IMG/VR virus record: IMGVR_UViG_3300046002_004036
Location: 1 to 64,000 of that record
Strand: one strand, 5' to 3'
Length of the DNA stretch: 64,000 bases
From: a virus
The translations under genes were made by a program, and so were the position numbers. Positions 17,295-26,409 of the stretch are shown piece after piece (positions within the stretch are counted from its first letter, which is position 1; the number at the start of each line of letters is the position of its first letter). The notes beneath the pieces were generated by a model. That model searched no databases. It had not been told where the DNA came from and saw only the letters and a program-made list of their open reading frames with translations.

Positions 17295-18048
17295 AAATGA
17301 TGTAACTATCGTTGTTGCTACCTCTGTTCTGCCAAGCCACCCAGATACTGCAATCATTGATGAGACAATTTCCACAATAAGGGTGCACTTCCCTAACAAT
17401 GAGATTATCTTGCAAATGGATGGTCTGCGTGAAGAGCGCTTATCCCACAAAACAAATTACGATGAATATAAAAATAGAGTTCTGTGGAAATGTTTGCATC
17501 AATGGAAAAATGTTTTACCAATAATTTTTGATGAGCATAGCCACCAAACAACAATGATGAAAAAAACAATTGATATTATTGATACTGCGGTAATACTTTA
17601 TGTTGAAGGAGATGCACCAATTACTCCAGACTGTGAAATTGATTGGCAAGAGTGTTTAGATATGCTTGAATATGAAAAGGCTAACACTATTAGGTTTCAC
17701 TTTGAAGCCTCTATACCAAAACCACACAAACATTTAATGTTTGGACTTGAGAATGGTTTTATGAGAACTGCTCAGTGGAGTCAGCGTCCACACTTAAGCA
17801 CAGTTAAATATTACAAAGATGTTGTTCTTCCTTTCTCTGATGACAAAACTTTTATTGAAGATAGGTTTCACGGCAAGATTCAAGACGATATTTTGCCTTA
17901 TGGTGAGTTTGATCAAATAGGTTGGAACAAACATAAACTTTGGATATATCATCCAGAAGGAAACATTAAGCGCTCATACCATTTAGATGGTCGCCAGGGT
18001 ACACAAAAATTTACAGTAGATGATGAAGCCTGGGGGTATACAGAATGA
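17287..18048 (+). CDS. putative GT-A/GT2 glycosyltransferase
   Basis: VTIVV start, YVEGD (DxD-like), HLDGR; cluster context. Confidence 0.65.
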   Translation: MNKNDVTIVVATSVLPSHPDTAIIDETISTIRVHFPNNEIILQMDGLREERLSHKTNYDEYKNRVLWKCLHQWKNVLPIIFDEHSHQTTMMKKTIDIIDTAVILYVEGDAPITPDCEIDWQECLDMLEYEKANTIRFHFEASIPKPHKHLMFGLENGFMRTAQWSQRPHLSTVKYYKDVVLPFSDDKTFIEDRFHGKIQDDILPYGEFDQIGWNKHKLWIYHPEGNIKRSYHLDGRQGTQKFTVDDEAWGYTE

Positions 18049-19091
18049 GATTAGGGATCATTGCAAGATCTGATAATACTGGTCTCGGTAATCAAACTAG
18101 GAATATAGTCAATATGCTTAACCCTAATAAAATATTGCTTATTGACTCTACACCATTTAATGAAAATAAACAACATCCAGAGTGGTACTCTGGGTATAAT
18201 TGCATAACTACAAAATATGGTTTTGCTAAAAAAGAAGAAATAGTAGAATTCCTTCATGAACTTGACGTTGTTTTAACTTGTGAATCTTTTTACAGCGATT
18301 TATTTTTACGACTTGCTGAAAAAAGAGGAGTAAAAACAATTTTGCAATACAATTATGAGTTTTTAGATTTAGTTATTAATCCAGAACAGAGGATACCTAA
18401 TGTTTTATTATCACCTAGTGAATGGAAAATTGATCACGTAAGAAAAGTTCTTGGTCATTTAACACAGGTCATTCACATTCCACCACCAATTGAACCATCT
18501 GTATTTTCTAAACAAAAAGAAATAAATATGTCTAAAAATCATAACAGGATCCTGCATATTGCTGGAAAGTTTGCATCAAAAGATAGGAACGGTACCAGTA
18601 CTGTAATTGATATGCTTAATTACTCAAAAGAAAACTATGAATTAGTTATTAAAAGTCAAACACCGATTGAAACAGACTGCAAAGACCCTAGACTAACTAT
18701 TGACATGTCTAGTCCTGAAAATAGTGCAGATCTTTATAGTGGTTTTGATGCTATGGTTCTTCCAAGAAGATATGCTGGACTTTGTTTACCCATGAACGAA
18801 TCTCTTATGAGTGGTTTGCCAGTGTTTATGACTGATATATCCCCAAATAATGCTGTTTTGCCCAATAAATGGTTAGTTGAATCAAAAAACATTGATAGGC
18901 TTTTAACCAGAATGACCCTTGATGTTTACGAGGCAGACACTAAAAAACTTGCAAACATGATTGATAGTTATATTAAGCTAGAAAATAAAAAAGATTTAAA
19001 ACAAGAGGCATTTGATATAGCAATTAATAACTTTAATGCAAATATTCTTAAACAGCAATACCTAAACGTTATTAATAATATTATTAGTTGA
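18045..19091 (+). CDS. GT4-like glycosyltransferase
   Basis: VLPRRYAGLCLPMNESLMSGLPVFMTD. Confidence 0.85.
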   Translation: MRLGIIARSDNTGLGNQTRNIVNMLNPNKILLIDSTPFNENKQHPEWYSGYNCITTKYGFAKKEEIVEFLHELDVVLTCESFYSDLFLRLAEKRGVKTILQYNYEFLDLVINPEQRIPNVLLSPSEWKIDHVRKVLGHLTQVIHIPPPIEPSVFSKQKEINMSKNHNRILHIAGKFASKDRNGTSTVIDMLNYSKENYELVIKSQTPIETDCKDPRLTIDMSSPENSADLYSGFDAMVLPRRYAGLCLPMNESLMSGLPVFMTDISPNNAVLPNKWLVESKNIDRLLTRMTLDVYEADTKKLANMIDSYIKLENKKDLKQEAFDIAINNFNANILKQQYLNVINNIIS

Positions 19092-19769
19092 AAAATTTCT
19101 TTTTAAATCTTCTAAGCCAACAAATGTTGCTTTATCGTCATAGATAAACTGAATGTCTGTTTTTAATAGTTTTATTTTATAGTCTGTATATTTTAAAATA
19201 TAATGAGATAACCATAAGTCATCAATAATATGATATTCTTTTGGACATTCAAAAAACTTATCATCTAAAAATATTTTAGCAGAACAAATAAGTCCACCAG
19301 TGCCAGCATAGTTGCCTTCTTCTCCGTCAACAAGTCTTACCTTGTCCCAGTAATCGTCATCAAATTTATGTGCGTAAAATGATTTGATAGATTTTTCATC
19401 ATATTGATTGTAACAATCTTGAATAAAAGATATTGGCAACATCTGATCATCATCAATAAAAATTACACGCTCATATCCTTGATGAGCTAAGTCTCTAGCA
19501 AGATAAAACCTTGAAAACATTTTATATATATTATTATATTTTTTTATATAAAAATTAAACTGTAAATCATTTTCATATTTTTTAAAGTATGATATTAATT
19601 TATTGTCTTGGTCTTCTGAATTATTGCATATATAAAAGTCAAAATCTTTATTTGTTTGATCTTTTAATCTTTTTAAAGTTTTAGGAATGTTTGTGAGTCT
19701 GCGAAATGTACACATGATTAGTGCTGTGTTAGATTTACCCTTAGTTTGTTTTTGATACATATATGTCAT
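19062..19769 (-). CDS. GT2-like glycosyltransferase
   Basis: IMCTFRR...QT.KDF, IFIDDD, DDLWLS. Confidence 0.8.
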   Translation of the reverse strand: MTYMYQKQTKGKSNTALIMCTFRRLTNIPKTLKRLKDQTNKDFDFYICNNSEDQDNKLISYFKKYENDLQFNFYIKKYNNIYKMFSRFYLARDLAHQGYERVIFIDDDQMLPISFIQDCYNQYDEKSIKSFYAHKFDDDYWDKVRLVDGEEGNYAGTGGLICSAKIFLDDKFFECPKEYHIIDDLWLSHYILKYTDYKIKLLKTDIQFIYDDKATFVGLEDLKRNFSTNNIINNV

Positions 19770-19775
19770 AGTATT

Positions 19776-19812
19776 AAAGAAAGAGAGGGATAGGCCAATT
19801 AGACATATCCCT
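19776..19812 (-). terminator. probable terminator after holin-like gene
   Basis: GAGGGATA/TATCCCTC stem with U-rich tail on - strand. Confidence 0.5.
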
Positions 19813-19822
19813 CCCTAAAGAA

Positions 19823-20089
19823 TTACTTCTTTGCTGTAGCTTTTCTAGCTGTTGGCTTCTTGACTACCTTAGCAGCCTTCAGAGCCTTATCTACGGCTTT
19901 CATATCTGGCAGGCGACCAAAAGCCGCGTCTGCTGGATTGATTGCTCTCATTGCTACTGGCACGATTGCACCAAGTAGTGAGTATACAAGTGTTTCTGGA
20001 TCAGTGATTCCAGCAGCATACATTGCTGTAGCTGCACCAATTGCTGATCTTGCGTATGAGGCAAGTGCCTTTTTAATTTGTTCGTTCAT
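19823..20089 (-). CDS. holin-like membrane protein
   Basis: ASYARS, 2 TM, RAINPADAAFG, basic tail; GGAGG RBS. Confidence 0.65.
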   Translation of the reverse strand: MNEQIKKALASYARSAIGAATAMYAAGITDPETLVYSLLGAIVPVAMRAINPADAAFGRLPDMKAVDKALKAAKVVKKPTARKATAKK

Positions 20090-20098
20090 TTTTTCCTC

Positions 20099-20257
20099 CT
20101 AGGATATAGCTCGTGTTAATATTGTAAAACCAATCCATAGACCAATGATTCCTGCGACTCCCGCAAAAACTGGTGGTGCTGGTACTGGCAATTTGAATGC
20201 TGCAAACACGACACCGCATCCAAAACCTGTTAGTGTTGATAGTATAACATCTTTCAT
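20099..20257 (-). CDS. XapX/DUF1427-like small membrane protein (52 aa)
   Basis: FKLPVPAPPVFAGVAGIIGLWIG; absent from ORF track. Confidence 0.8.
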   Translation of the reverse strand: MKDVILSTLTGFGCGVVFAAFKLPVPAPPVFAGVAGIIGLWIGFTILTRAIS

Positions 20258-20673
20258 TTTATTTCCTCTGCTGGCAATAATTTTATAAGATCTTTATAGG
20301 ATTTAGATATTTGAACCATGGCTGAATAATCTGGTCTTTCAACCGAGATAGTGTCTCCGTAATCATCAAAATGACTAATATAAGAATCTACATCGTCAAC
20401 AAATTTAGATAAACCTTCTTGAACATCTTCAATGTATTGATATGCCCAGTCACGAGAGTCAGAAAGGAACTTAACAAAGTTTTCTTTATGAACATTATCG
20501 TCACCTTTAATTTGAGAATCTTCAATTTCGTTAACATATTTTTCAAGGACAAGCATGTCAATAAATAATTTTTCATATTGTTTGCGGATTTTAACAAAGT
20601 TATAAGATAAAGTTAAATATGCAACGCTTACTGAAAATAAACATGTTGAAATAATGATAGTAGAAATATTCAT
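20254..20673 (-). CDS. membrane-anchored hypothetical protein
   Basis: N-terminal TM; FLSDSRDWAYQYIE. Confidence 0.8.
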   Translation of the reverse strand: MNISTIIISTCLFSVSVAYLTLSYNFVKIRKQYEKLFIDMLVLEKYVNEIEDSQIKGDDNVHKENFVKFLSDSRDWAYQYIEDVQEGLSKFVDDVDSYISHFDDYGDTISVERPDYSAMVQISKSYKDLIKLLPAEEIK

Positions 20674-20903
20674 TACTTTACTACCTCTCTGGTTACTAAA
20701 ACAATTGCTCCGTTTTGTTCAAGAACTTCTTTTATTTTTGCTACATACTGAATAGCTTTAATCTTTTCGTCATGTACCATATGAATAAAATCATGTTCAT
20801 TAAGTTTAACAGTTAAGAATTGCTCATTATCAATTATATTAATTCCAAAATCTTTTGGAGGAATAATTGAATGTACTGCCCTACGCATCTCATTTGTATA
20901 CAT
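20673..20903 (-). CDS. hypothetical protein
   Basis: coupled ORF. Confidence 0.8.
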   Translation of the reverse strand: MYTNEMRRAVHSIIPPKDFGINIIDNEQFLTVKLNEHDFIHMVHDEKIKAIQYVAKIKEVLEQNGAIVLVTREVVK

Positions 20904-21202
20904 TATTCTTGCTCGCCTTCAGAATAACGAAATATATCTTCAAGGCAAGTAAAACCTGAATCTTCTTTAATCTCAAGAGAGGATAACAAAATTCTCCAAG
21001 TTTCTTCAATATAACCTTTTGCAATTTCTGTATGTGTTACTAATTCAGAATCAATTAAAAAAGCAAGTGGCAAACCTAAATCATTATAAGAAATAAAATC
21101 CTCAAATGTTTTTTCATGTTTATGGTTTATCCACAATTCAGCAAGGATAGAACAAACATCTTCAAAAGATGTTAATTCGTTTCCATCGTTAGCGCTTGCC
21201 AT
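20903..21202 (-). CDS. hypothetical protein, paralogue of 2542..2811
   Basis: YNDLGLPLA motif. Confidence 0.8.
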   Translation of the reverse strand: MASANDGNELTSFEDVCSILAELWINHKHEKTFEDFISYNDLGLPLAFLIDSELVTHTEIAKGYIEETWRILLSSLEIKEDSGFTCLEDIFRYSEGEQE

Positions 21203-21459
21203 ATTTTACCCCATTGATTTTTATTTTTATGTTTATTAAATTCTTTTGATACTTCTCCACCTTCTAAGTATACACCACCCCATACGCCCCACTCTTTACC
21301 AGATACTCCGTTAGCAAAACATATTTTTGCAACGGGACAAGAGGCGCAGAAATTATCTATATTGGATCTTAGATCAATATCATCTTCATATTTATCAAAG
21401 TATAGATTAGTATCTAAGCCTAAACATTTTGCTTCATCTTTCCATAAATGCTGCTTCAA
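21172..21459 (-). CDS. whiB: WhiB-family transcription factor
   Basis: C-x(n)-CASCPVAKIC...GVWGG. Confidence 0.9.
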   Translation of the reverse strand: MKQHLWKDEAKCLGLDTNLYFDKYEDDIDLRSNIDNFCASCPVAKICFANGVSGKEWGVWGGVYLEGGEVSKEFNKHKNKNQWGKIWQALTMETN

Positions 21460-21462
21460 GGA

Positions 21463-21672
21463 TTACTCCTTATACTTATTTGGAATATCCCAGCCTTTTT
21501 CATCTACTTTATAAATTTTATGTAGATACCATTGACCATTAATTCTAATACCCTGCGGAGATGTGCGAGCCATTTCTGATTTCTTAAGATCTAAAATATT
21601 CCAGCCATCCCAGAGAAGATTATAATTCTTTTTAACAATTTTTTCCATTACGTCTAACTTACTTACTATCAT
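21463..21672 (-). CDS. hypothetical protein
   Basis: ORF with AAGGA RBS. Confidence 0.8.
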   Translation of the reverse strand: MIVSKLDVMEKIVKKNYNLLWDGWNILDLKKSEMARTSPQGIRINGQWYLHKIYKVDEKGWDIPNKYKE

Positions 21673-21680
21673 TTTTATCC

Positions 21681-22031
21681 TTAATACCTATAAATTCCGA
21701 CTTCAATATTTTTGAGTTCGGCTGATGCTACTAACTTTGATACTGGCTCTTTAGGCTTACTTAAAAAAGCAAGATAACTTACCTGCTCCATGTTTTCTTC
21801 AATGTAAGAAGCAGGAACCTTAAAGAACTTAATTTTTTTTCCTCTAGCCTTCATGCCTCTTTCAGACAAATTAGAAAACTCAGAAACCATTGAATTAATT
21901 TTTGCAGGACCTGCTGAATAAATTAAAAACTCTTTATCTTCATCTTTCATTGAAGACATAGCAACGCCCATAGCACGAAGAAAAACTTGATAATCATCAA
22001 AGTCTTTAGTCCCCTGTACTGCTACTATCAT
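21681..22031 (-). CDS. hypothetical protein (SLOG/YspA-like start)
   Basis: MIVAVQGTKDFDDY. Confidence 0.7.
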   Translation of the reverse strand: MIVAVQGTKDFDDYQVFLRAMGVAMSSMKDEDKEFLIYSAGPAKINSMVSEFSNLSERGMKARGKKIKFFKVPASYIEENMEQVSYLAFLSKPKEPVSKLVASAELKNIEVGIYRY

Positions 22032-22419
22032 TACTATTTCCATTCTTTAAGTTGTCTAAAATAAATAACATCTTTTCAATGTCTTTTTTTGACATATTGG
22101 TTGTATCAACTGGACTTGTAGTGTCTATGTTGACATTGTTTTCAAATGCATCAGCACAATAAAATATATTGTTGTTGACCCAATAAGCTTTTCCATCTAT
22201 AAAAATAACTTTTACAGTATTTCTCTCAATATGCTTTAATGATTGAGAGTTCTGTATTGGTTTTTCATATAAAGTTTTTGGAAGAAAATCTTTAATCATT
22301 AAGTGCACACTGCTTTGGCTGTATGTAATTTTTGAAAAAGGTTTAGTTTTTCTTCCTTTATAAAGTATATAGGAGGTAATGAGCAATGTCAAGCCCACAG
22401 CCATAAAATACTTAATCAT
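22006..22419 (-). CDS. membrane-anchored hypothetical protein
   Basis: N-terminal TM; AGGAG RBS. Confidence 0.75.
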   Translation of the reverse strand: MIKYFMAVGLTLLITSYILYKGRKTKPFSKITYSQSSVHLMIKDFLPKTLYEKPIQNSQSLKHIERNTVKVIFIDGKAYWVNNNIFYCADAFENNVNIDTTSPVDTTNMSKKDIEKMLFILDNLKNGNSNDSSSTGD

Positions 22420-22458
22420 AATGGCTTTCTCCTATTTCTATAATATGATTATATCAGA

Positions 22459-22785
22459 TTACTTCAGAAGAAGCCGTTTGATTTCAGCCAATGCTGATTT
22501 ATGTTCCACGGATAAGCAATTAATTTGTTCTTGATCTAAAGATTTATCTGTTAGGATAACCAGCGGATCATTTGACAGCAAGTCTATATCCAAAAACCCC
22601 TGCTCCCAAAGGTACATAATGTCACGATTAACTTCAGTTAAATGTTCTTTATAAAGTTCTGGCATTATTTCTTTTATTTTTTGGTTAAAAGAGTAAAGAA
22701 ATTGACCAGTTTCAGAATCAATACCTACAACTTCAATTGCACCATTAAGAATTAATGACTGAATTGTTTCGTCAATTGGATCCAT
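22459..22785 (-). CDS. hypothetical protein
   Basis: ORF coupled to thioredoxin. Confidence 0.8.
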   Translation of the reverse strand: MDPIDETIQSLILNGAIEVVGIDSETGQFLYSFNQKIKEIMPELYKEHLTEVNRDIMYLWEQGFLDIDLLSNDPLVILTDKSLDQEQINCLSVEHKSALAEIKRLLLK

Positions 22786-23029
22786 TTATAAACTCTTCTA
22801 ACTGTTCCCTGGTTTTAGCACCATTTATACGACTTACTTCTTTACCATCTTGAATTAAAATAAAAGTTGGAACTGATTTAATTTCAAATTGTTTACAAAG
22901 CTCTACGTTGTCGTCGGCGTCAATATACTGAAACTTAATAATTCCTTCACGGTCTAATTCTTCAGCAATGGGTCTTACCATTTTGCAAGGATTACACCAT
23001 TCGGCAGTAAAATAAAGAATGTGACTCAT
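22772..23029 (-). CDS. trx: thioredoxin
   Basis: FTAEWCNPCK, SVPTF. Confidence 0.95.
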   Translation of the reverse strand: MSHILYFTAEWCNPCKMVRPIAEELDREGIIKFQYIDADDNVELCKQFEIKSVPTFILIQDGKEVSRINGAKTREQLEEFINGSN

Positions 23030-23433
23030 TTACCACTCTTTGTTCTTGCTTTGGCAAGAGCATTAAAATCTTTAACCTTAGTATCTCCAAGGTATCCCCA
23101 GGCATAGCCATCATTAATCATCATGTCATTAAGAGATACGGTGTCTCCATTTATGTATACCCAGCCCAAAATGCGACCATACTTTTCAGATGAGTCCATC
23201 TTTTCAGTTTTAATTACAACAGACTTGGCATCTTTTAAAGACTTCTTTAGATACTCTTTAGCCTCTAGTCCTAGAGCCTTCTCAGCAAGATCCTTTGTAC
23301 GGGACTCAGGAGTATCAATACCAGCCAGTCTAACGCGGGATGCAAATAGGATATCAAACCCTAAATCAATAAGAACGTCAATGGTATCTCCATCTACAAC
23401 ATTTTCTACTTTTCTTACATAATATTCATACAT
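23026..23433 (-). CDS. staphylococcal-nuclease (SNase)-like protein
   Basis: VVDGDTI, VRLAGIDTPE, KYGRILG. Confidence 0.9.
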   Translation of the reverse strand: MYEYYVRKVENVVDGDTIDVLIDLGFDILFASRVRLAGIDTPESRTKDLAEKALGLEAKEYLKKSLKDAKSVVIKTEKMDSSEKYGRILGWVYINGDTVSLNDMMINDGYAWGYLGDTKVKDFNALAKARTKSGK

Positions 23434-23687
23434 TAGTAATCTTGCCCCTTTGCTTTATCTTCAATTAATTTATCTCTCTCATCAAGAACTGTGAGGGCAA
23501 AGGACATCATTTTTTTATATCCTTCTGGATTATTCATTACTTTATTGTAATGGTGACCACAAAATAATAAGTCTCCAGACACTCCTGTAACTTGTACTAA
23601 TGCTTCTGCTGCACATGAATCACAACGATCTGTTGGTCCAAGAATCCATTCTTTAACTTTAACTTCTTCTGCAATCATTGTATTCAT
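23433..23687 (-). CDS. small Cys/His actinobacterial-type protein
   Basis: DRCDSCAAEA...LLFCGHH. Confidence 0.8.
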   Translation of the reverse strand: MNTMIAEEVKVKEWILGPTDRCDSCAAEALVQVTGVSGDLLFCGHHYNKVMNNPEGYKKMMSFALTVLDERDKLIEDKAKGQDY

Positions 23688-23694
23688 AATTATA

Positions 23695-23871
23695 CTACTT
23701 CTTTCTATTATCAGTTGAATAAAATCCAGTACCGTTAAAAAGAACTCCTGGAGATGACCATTGTCTACTCATTGTTGCATTACAACACACAGGCTCTGTA
23801 CTATCACCAAATTCTCTTTTAAATTCAATGGTTGCAGAGCACTGTGTGCATTTGTAATCATAAACTGGCAT
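23695..23871 (-). CDS. FmdB-family zinc-ribbon protein (58 aa)
   Basis: MPVYDYKCTQC...FNGTGFYSTD; absent from ORF track. Confidence 0.9.
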   Translation of the reverse strand: MPVYDYKCTQCSATIEFKREFGDSTEPVCCNATMSRQWSSPGVLFNGTGFYSTDNRKK

Positions 23872-23874
23872 GCA

Positions 23875-24450
23875 TTAAGCCTTCTTTGTTGCCTTTGGTG
23901 CCACCTTTGTTGCTGGCTTTACAGCAAGTGGTATACCATCTTCTCCAGTATAAACTGGACGGCCCCAACCAACTACTGCATTGATTAATTTCTTTTTGTT
24001 ATTTTTTATGTAACCACGAGTTTTTTCTACGCACATACCTCCGTTGCGTTGATCTCCTTTTGCAGTTCCTGAAGTATTTCCTTCAATAACTTGGATAGTT
24101 CCATCACCATTATTTTTAATGCAAAGACCTACGTGTGAAATTCTATTTACACCGTCATCTGGAAAATCAAAAAAGATCCAGTCTCCTGGAGTTGGGTCAT
24201 CATTACGAGCATCTGCCCAACGACCTTCTTTTTTAAATTGATCTGATGCTGCAACTGTTGATGCTGACTTAGGGAACTTTGCAACCCCTGCTGTCATAGC
24301 GCACCAAGAAACAAATGACTGGCACCAAGGTTGGAAATTTACTTTCATCCATGCACCGTATTTTGTTTCGTTATCCTTTGGACCTTCAATGGTTCCAACT
24401 TCTTTCTTTGCAACCTCAATGATTGCTTCTACTGAGCCTTTGACAGCCAT
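23875..24450 (-). CDS. CHAP-domain endolysin
   Basis: PWCQSFVSW, SHVG, IEGNT. Confidence 0.9.
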   Translation of the reverse strand: MAVKGSVEAIIEVAKKEVGTIEGPKDNETKYGAWMKVNFQPWCQSFVSWCAMTAGVAKFPKSASTVAASDQFKKEGRWADARNDDPTPGDWIFFDFPDDGVNRISHVGLCIKNNGDGTIQVIEGNTSGTAKGDQRNGGMCVEKTRGYIKNNKKKLINAVVGWGRPVYTGEDGIPLAVKPATKVAPKATKKA

Positions 24451-24486
24451 ATATAACCTCCTAAAGTTAGTATTTCAATTATAGCA

Positions 24487-24762
24487 TTAAGCAGTCTTGG
24501 TTGTCAACCTGTTGTAAGTTCTTATCCTATGACAGTTTGCACAGACTACTTCACATTTTGCTATTTCTTTTTTTATTGCTGCCCACGAAAATCCATCGTG
24601 AATCATTCTAGAAACATTATATTTTTTATCTTTAAGATGATCAAAATCTAACACTATTGGATTAGTAACTCCACAATCCATACAACCAGATGCTTCTTTT
24701 ATCTCTGACAGTCTTTTTTTAAACTGCTGCTTATTGTAGTGAACCAACTCTTTGTCAGTCAT
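24487..24762 (-). CDS. small HNH endonuclease
   Basis: CMDC...LDFDH...CEVVCANCHRIRT. Confidence 0.9.
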   Translation of the reverse strand: MTDKELVHYNKQQFKKRLSEIKEASGCMDCGVTNPIVLDFDHLKDKKYNVSRMIHDGFSWAAIKKEIAKCEVVCANCHRIRTYNRLTTKTA

Positions 24763-24791
24763 ATAATGCAATTATATCAGAACAAATTAGA

Positions 24792-24875
24792 AGCCCCACA
24801 CAGGCAATTCACCTGACTTGCGCCTCGGTCATATAAATGGGTAACTAAACCATCTCTAAGGTCCTGTGTGGGGAC
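24792..24875 (-). ncRNA. candidate small structured ncRNA
   Basis: 11-bp CCCCACACAGG/CCTGTGTGGGG closing stem, two internal hairpins, own TACAAT -10 box. Confidence 0.6.
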
Positions 24876-24887
24876 AGTTATATTGTA

Positions 24888-25883
24888 CTACTTGATTTTT
24901 GATATTTGAGATTTAGCAAGTTTTAGGGCATTGCCACTTATTGCTGAATACCCAAACTCTTCAGCCTTACATTTTGTTATAGCAAAGGTAAAGAAATTAG
25001 CCACATCCTTTGATCCAACTGCTGCTATACCATAACTAAATGTAGATATGTTATAGGCCATCTTAGCAGTGTTGTTGTAGTTTGGCGTAATAGTTCCATT
25101 AGGGTTAGCAGAGAACTCTGACAAGAACCTTGATGCACCACCTGTTGTAGGCTTAACAAAGTTTCCAGCACCATTTTCAATATATGCTACGCCAAAGGCT
25201 TTTGTAAATGAAACCTCATTATAAGCAATTGATCCGTCTGTTCTTGATTGAAGCATCGCCACTCCTTGAGAGCCTGATGCTGATACAAACGCTCCAATTT
25301 TTTCATTTATATCCCCTGGAAATGCTGATGCAAATGCTTTGTTTCCAGATTTTGTCCATATATCTTTTGCAACTGCATTTAGATATGTGGTAAAAACTTC
25401 AGAAGTTCCAGATCCATCTGCTCTATATATAACAGTAATTTTTTTTGCTGGAAGTTTCATAGGATTGTCTTTTTTTAGCAGTGGATCATTCCACATACTA
25501 ATTTTCCCTGAAAAAATCTTTGCCAAGTTATCCTTAGTTAGCTTTACTTGACCTTTATATCCATCTAATTTATAACTAATTGCAATAGGTCCAGCAACAA
25601 TTGGTACGTAAACAAAGTCTTGCTTAGGCTTTACTTCTGATGCCCCATATGGAACATCGCTTATAGCAAAGTCTGCAAGGCCTAAAGCAAATTGATTCTT
25701 GCCAGAACCAGACCCATTTGGAATGTATGAAATGCTGTTGCCTGTGACTGCATATGCCACTCTACATTTTTCTACAAAGTTAAGAGCAAACGAAGAGCCT
25801 GAGCCCTTTATGTCTGCTGCTTCAGCGGTTGGTATAAATAAAACACTAGATAATAGTGCTATGATAATGAACTTGATCTTCAT
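24888..25883 (-). CDS. pstS: phosphate ABC transporter substrate-binding protein
   Basis: signal peptide, GSGSS, GSGSG, RADGSGTS. Confidence 0.92.
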   Translation of the reverse strand: MKIKFIIIALLSSVLFIPTAEAADIKGSGSSFALNFVEKCRVAYAVTGNSISYIPNGSGSGKNQFALGLADFAISDVPYGASEVKPKQDFVYVPIVAGPIAISYKLDGYKGQVKLTKDNLAKIFSGKISMWNDPLLKKDNPMKLPAKKITVIYRADGSGTSEVFTTYLNAVAKDIWTKSGNKAFASAFPGDINEKIGAFVSASGSQGVAMLQSRTDGSIAYNEVSFTKAFGVAYIENGAGNFVKPTTGGASRFLSEFSANPNGTITPNYNNTAKMAYNISTFSYGIAAVGSKDVANFFTFAITKCKAEEFGYSAISGNALKLAKSQISKIK

Positions 25884-25991
25884 AACAATAAGTATACTTT
25901 AATATGCATATGAATATTGTTATATACAGCAAACTATGAGTTAATTTTAAATGAATATTGAGCAGTTTTAGACTTGCTCAGGTCTATTATA

Positions 25992-26408
25992 TTACTTAAT
26001 CGTGATTGTTTTAGGCTTTTTATCTTCTGGAATAATACGATCAATACTAATATTGAGCATACCATCCTTTAGATCTGCCCCAGTTACTTCCATGTATTCA
26101 CCAAGAGCAAAAGATCTTGCAAATTTTCTACTTGCAATACCTTTGTGGACTATCTCAGCATCTACAACTTCCGTGATTTCACCCTTGATTACAACTGTTC
26201 CATTATCTACTGAAACATCAATGTCGTCTTTTGTGAATCCCGCAACTGCAATAGACAAACGATATGTATCTTCATCTAGTTTTAGAATGTCATATGGAGG
26301 ATATGAGTGTGAATTGGTTTGGTGTGCACTGTTAAGACGGGCTAGGTCTCTATTAAAGCCAATAAAAAAAGGATCATTGAATAGATCCATTGCGAACTGT
26401 GTTACCAT
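25992..26408 (-). CDS. hsp20: small heat-shock protein (IbpA-like)
   Basis: YPPYDI, AVAGF, HKGIASRKF, DGML. Confidence 0.95.
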   Translation of the reverse strand: MVTQFAMDLFNDPFFIGFNRDLARLNSAHQTNSHSYPPYDILKLDEDTYRLSIAVAGFTKDDIDVSVDNGTVVIKGEITEVVDAEIVHKGIASRKFARSFALGEYMEVTGADLKDGMLNISIDRIIPEDKKPKTITIK

Positions 26409-26409
26409 T

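Noticed and set aside
24487-24762. HNH gene as an IscB/HEARO-type or intron-borne mobile element
   Set aside because: Only ~91 aa with no RuvC or PLMP parts, and no transposon ends or intron context; any link to the adjacent RNA remains a hypothesis.
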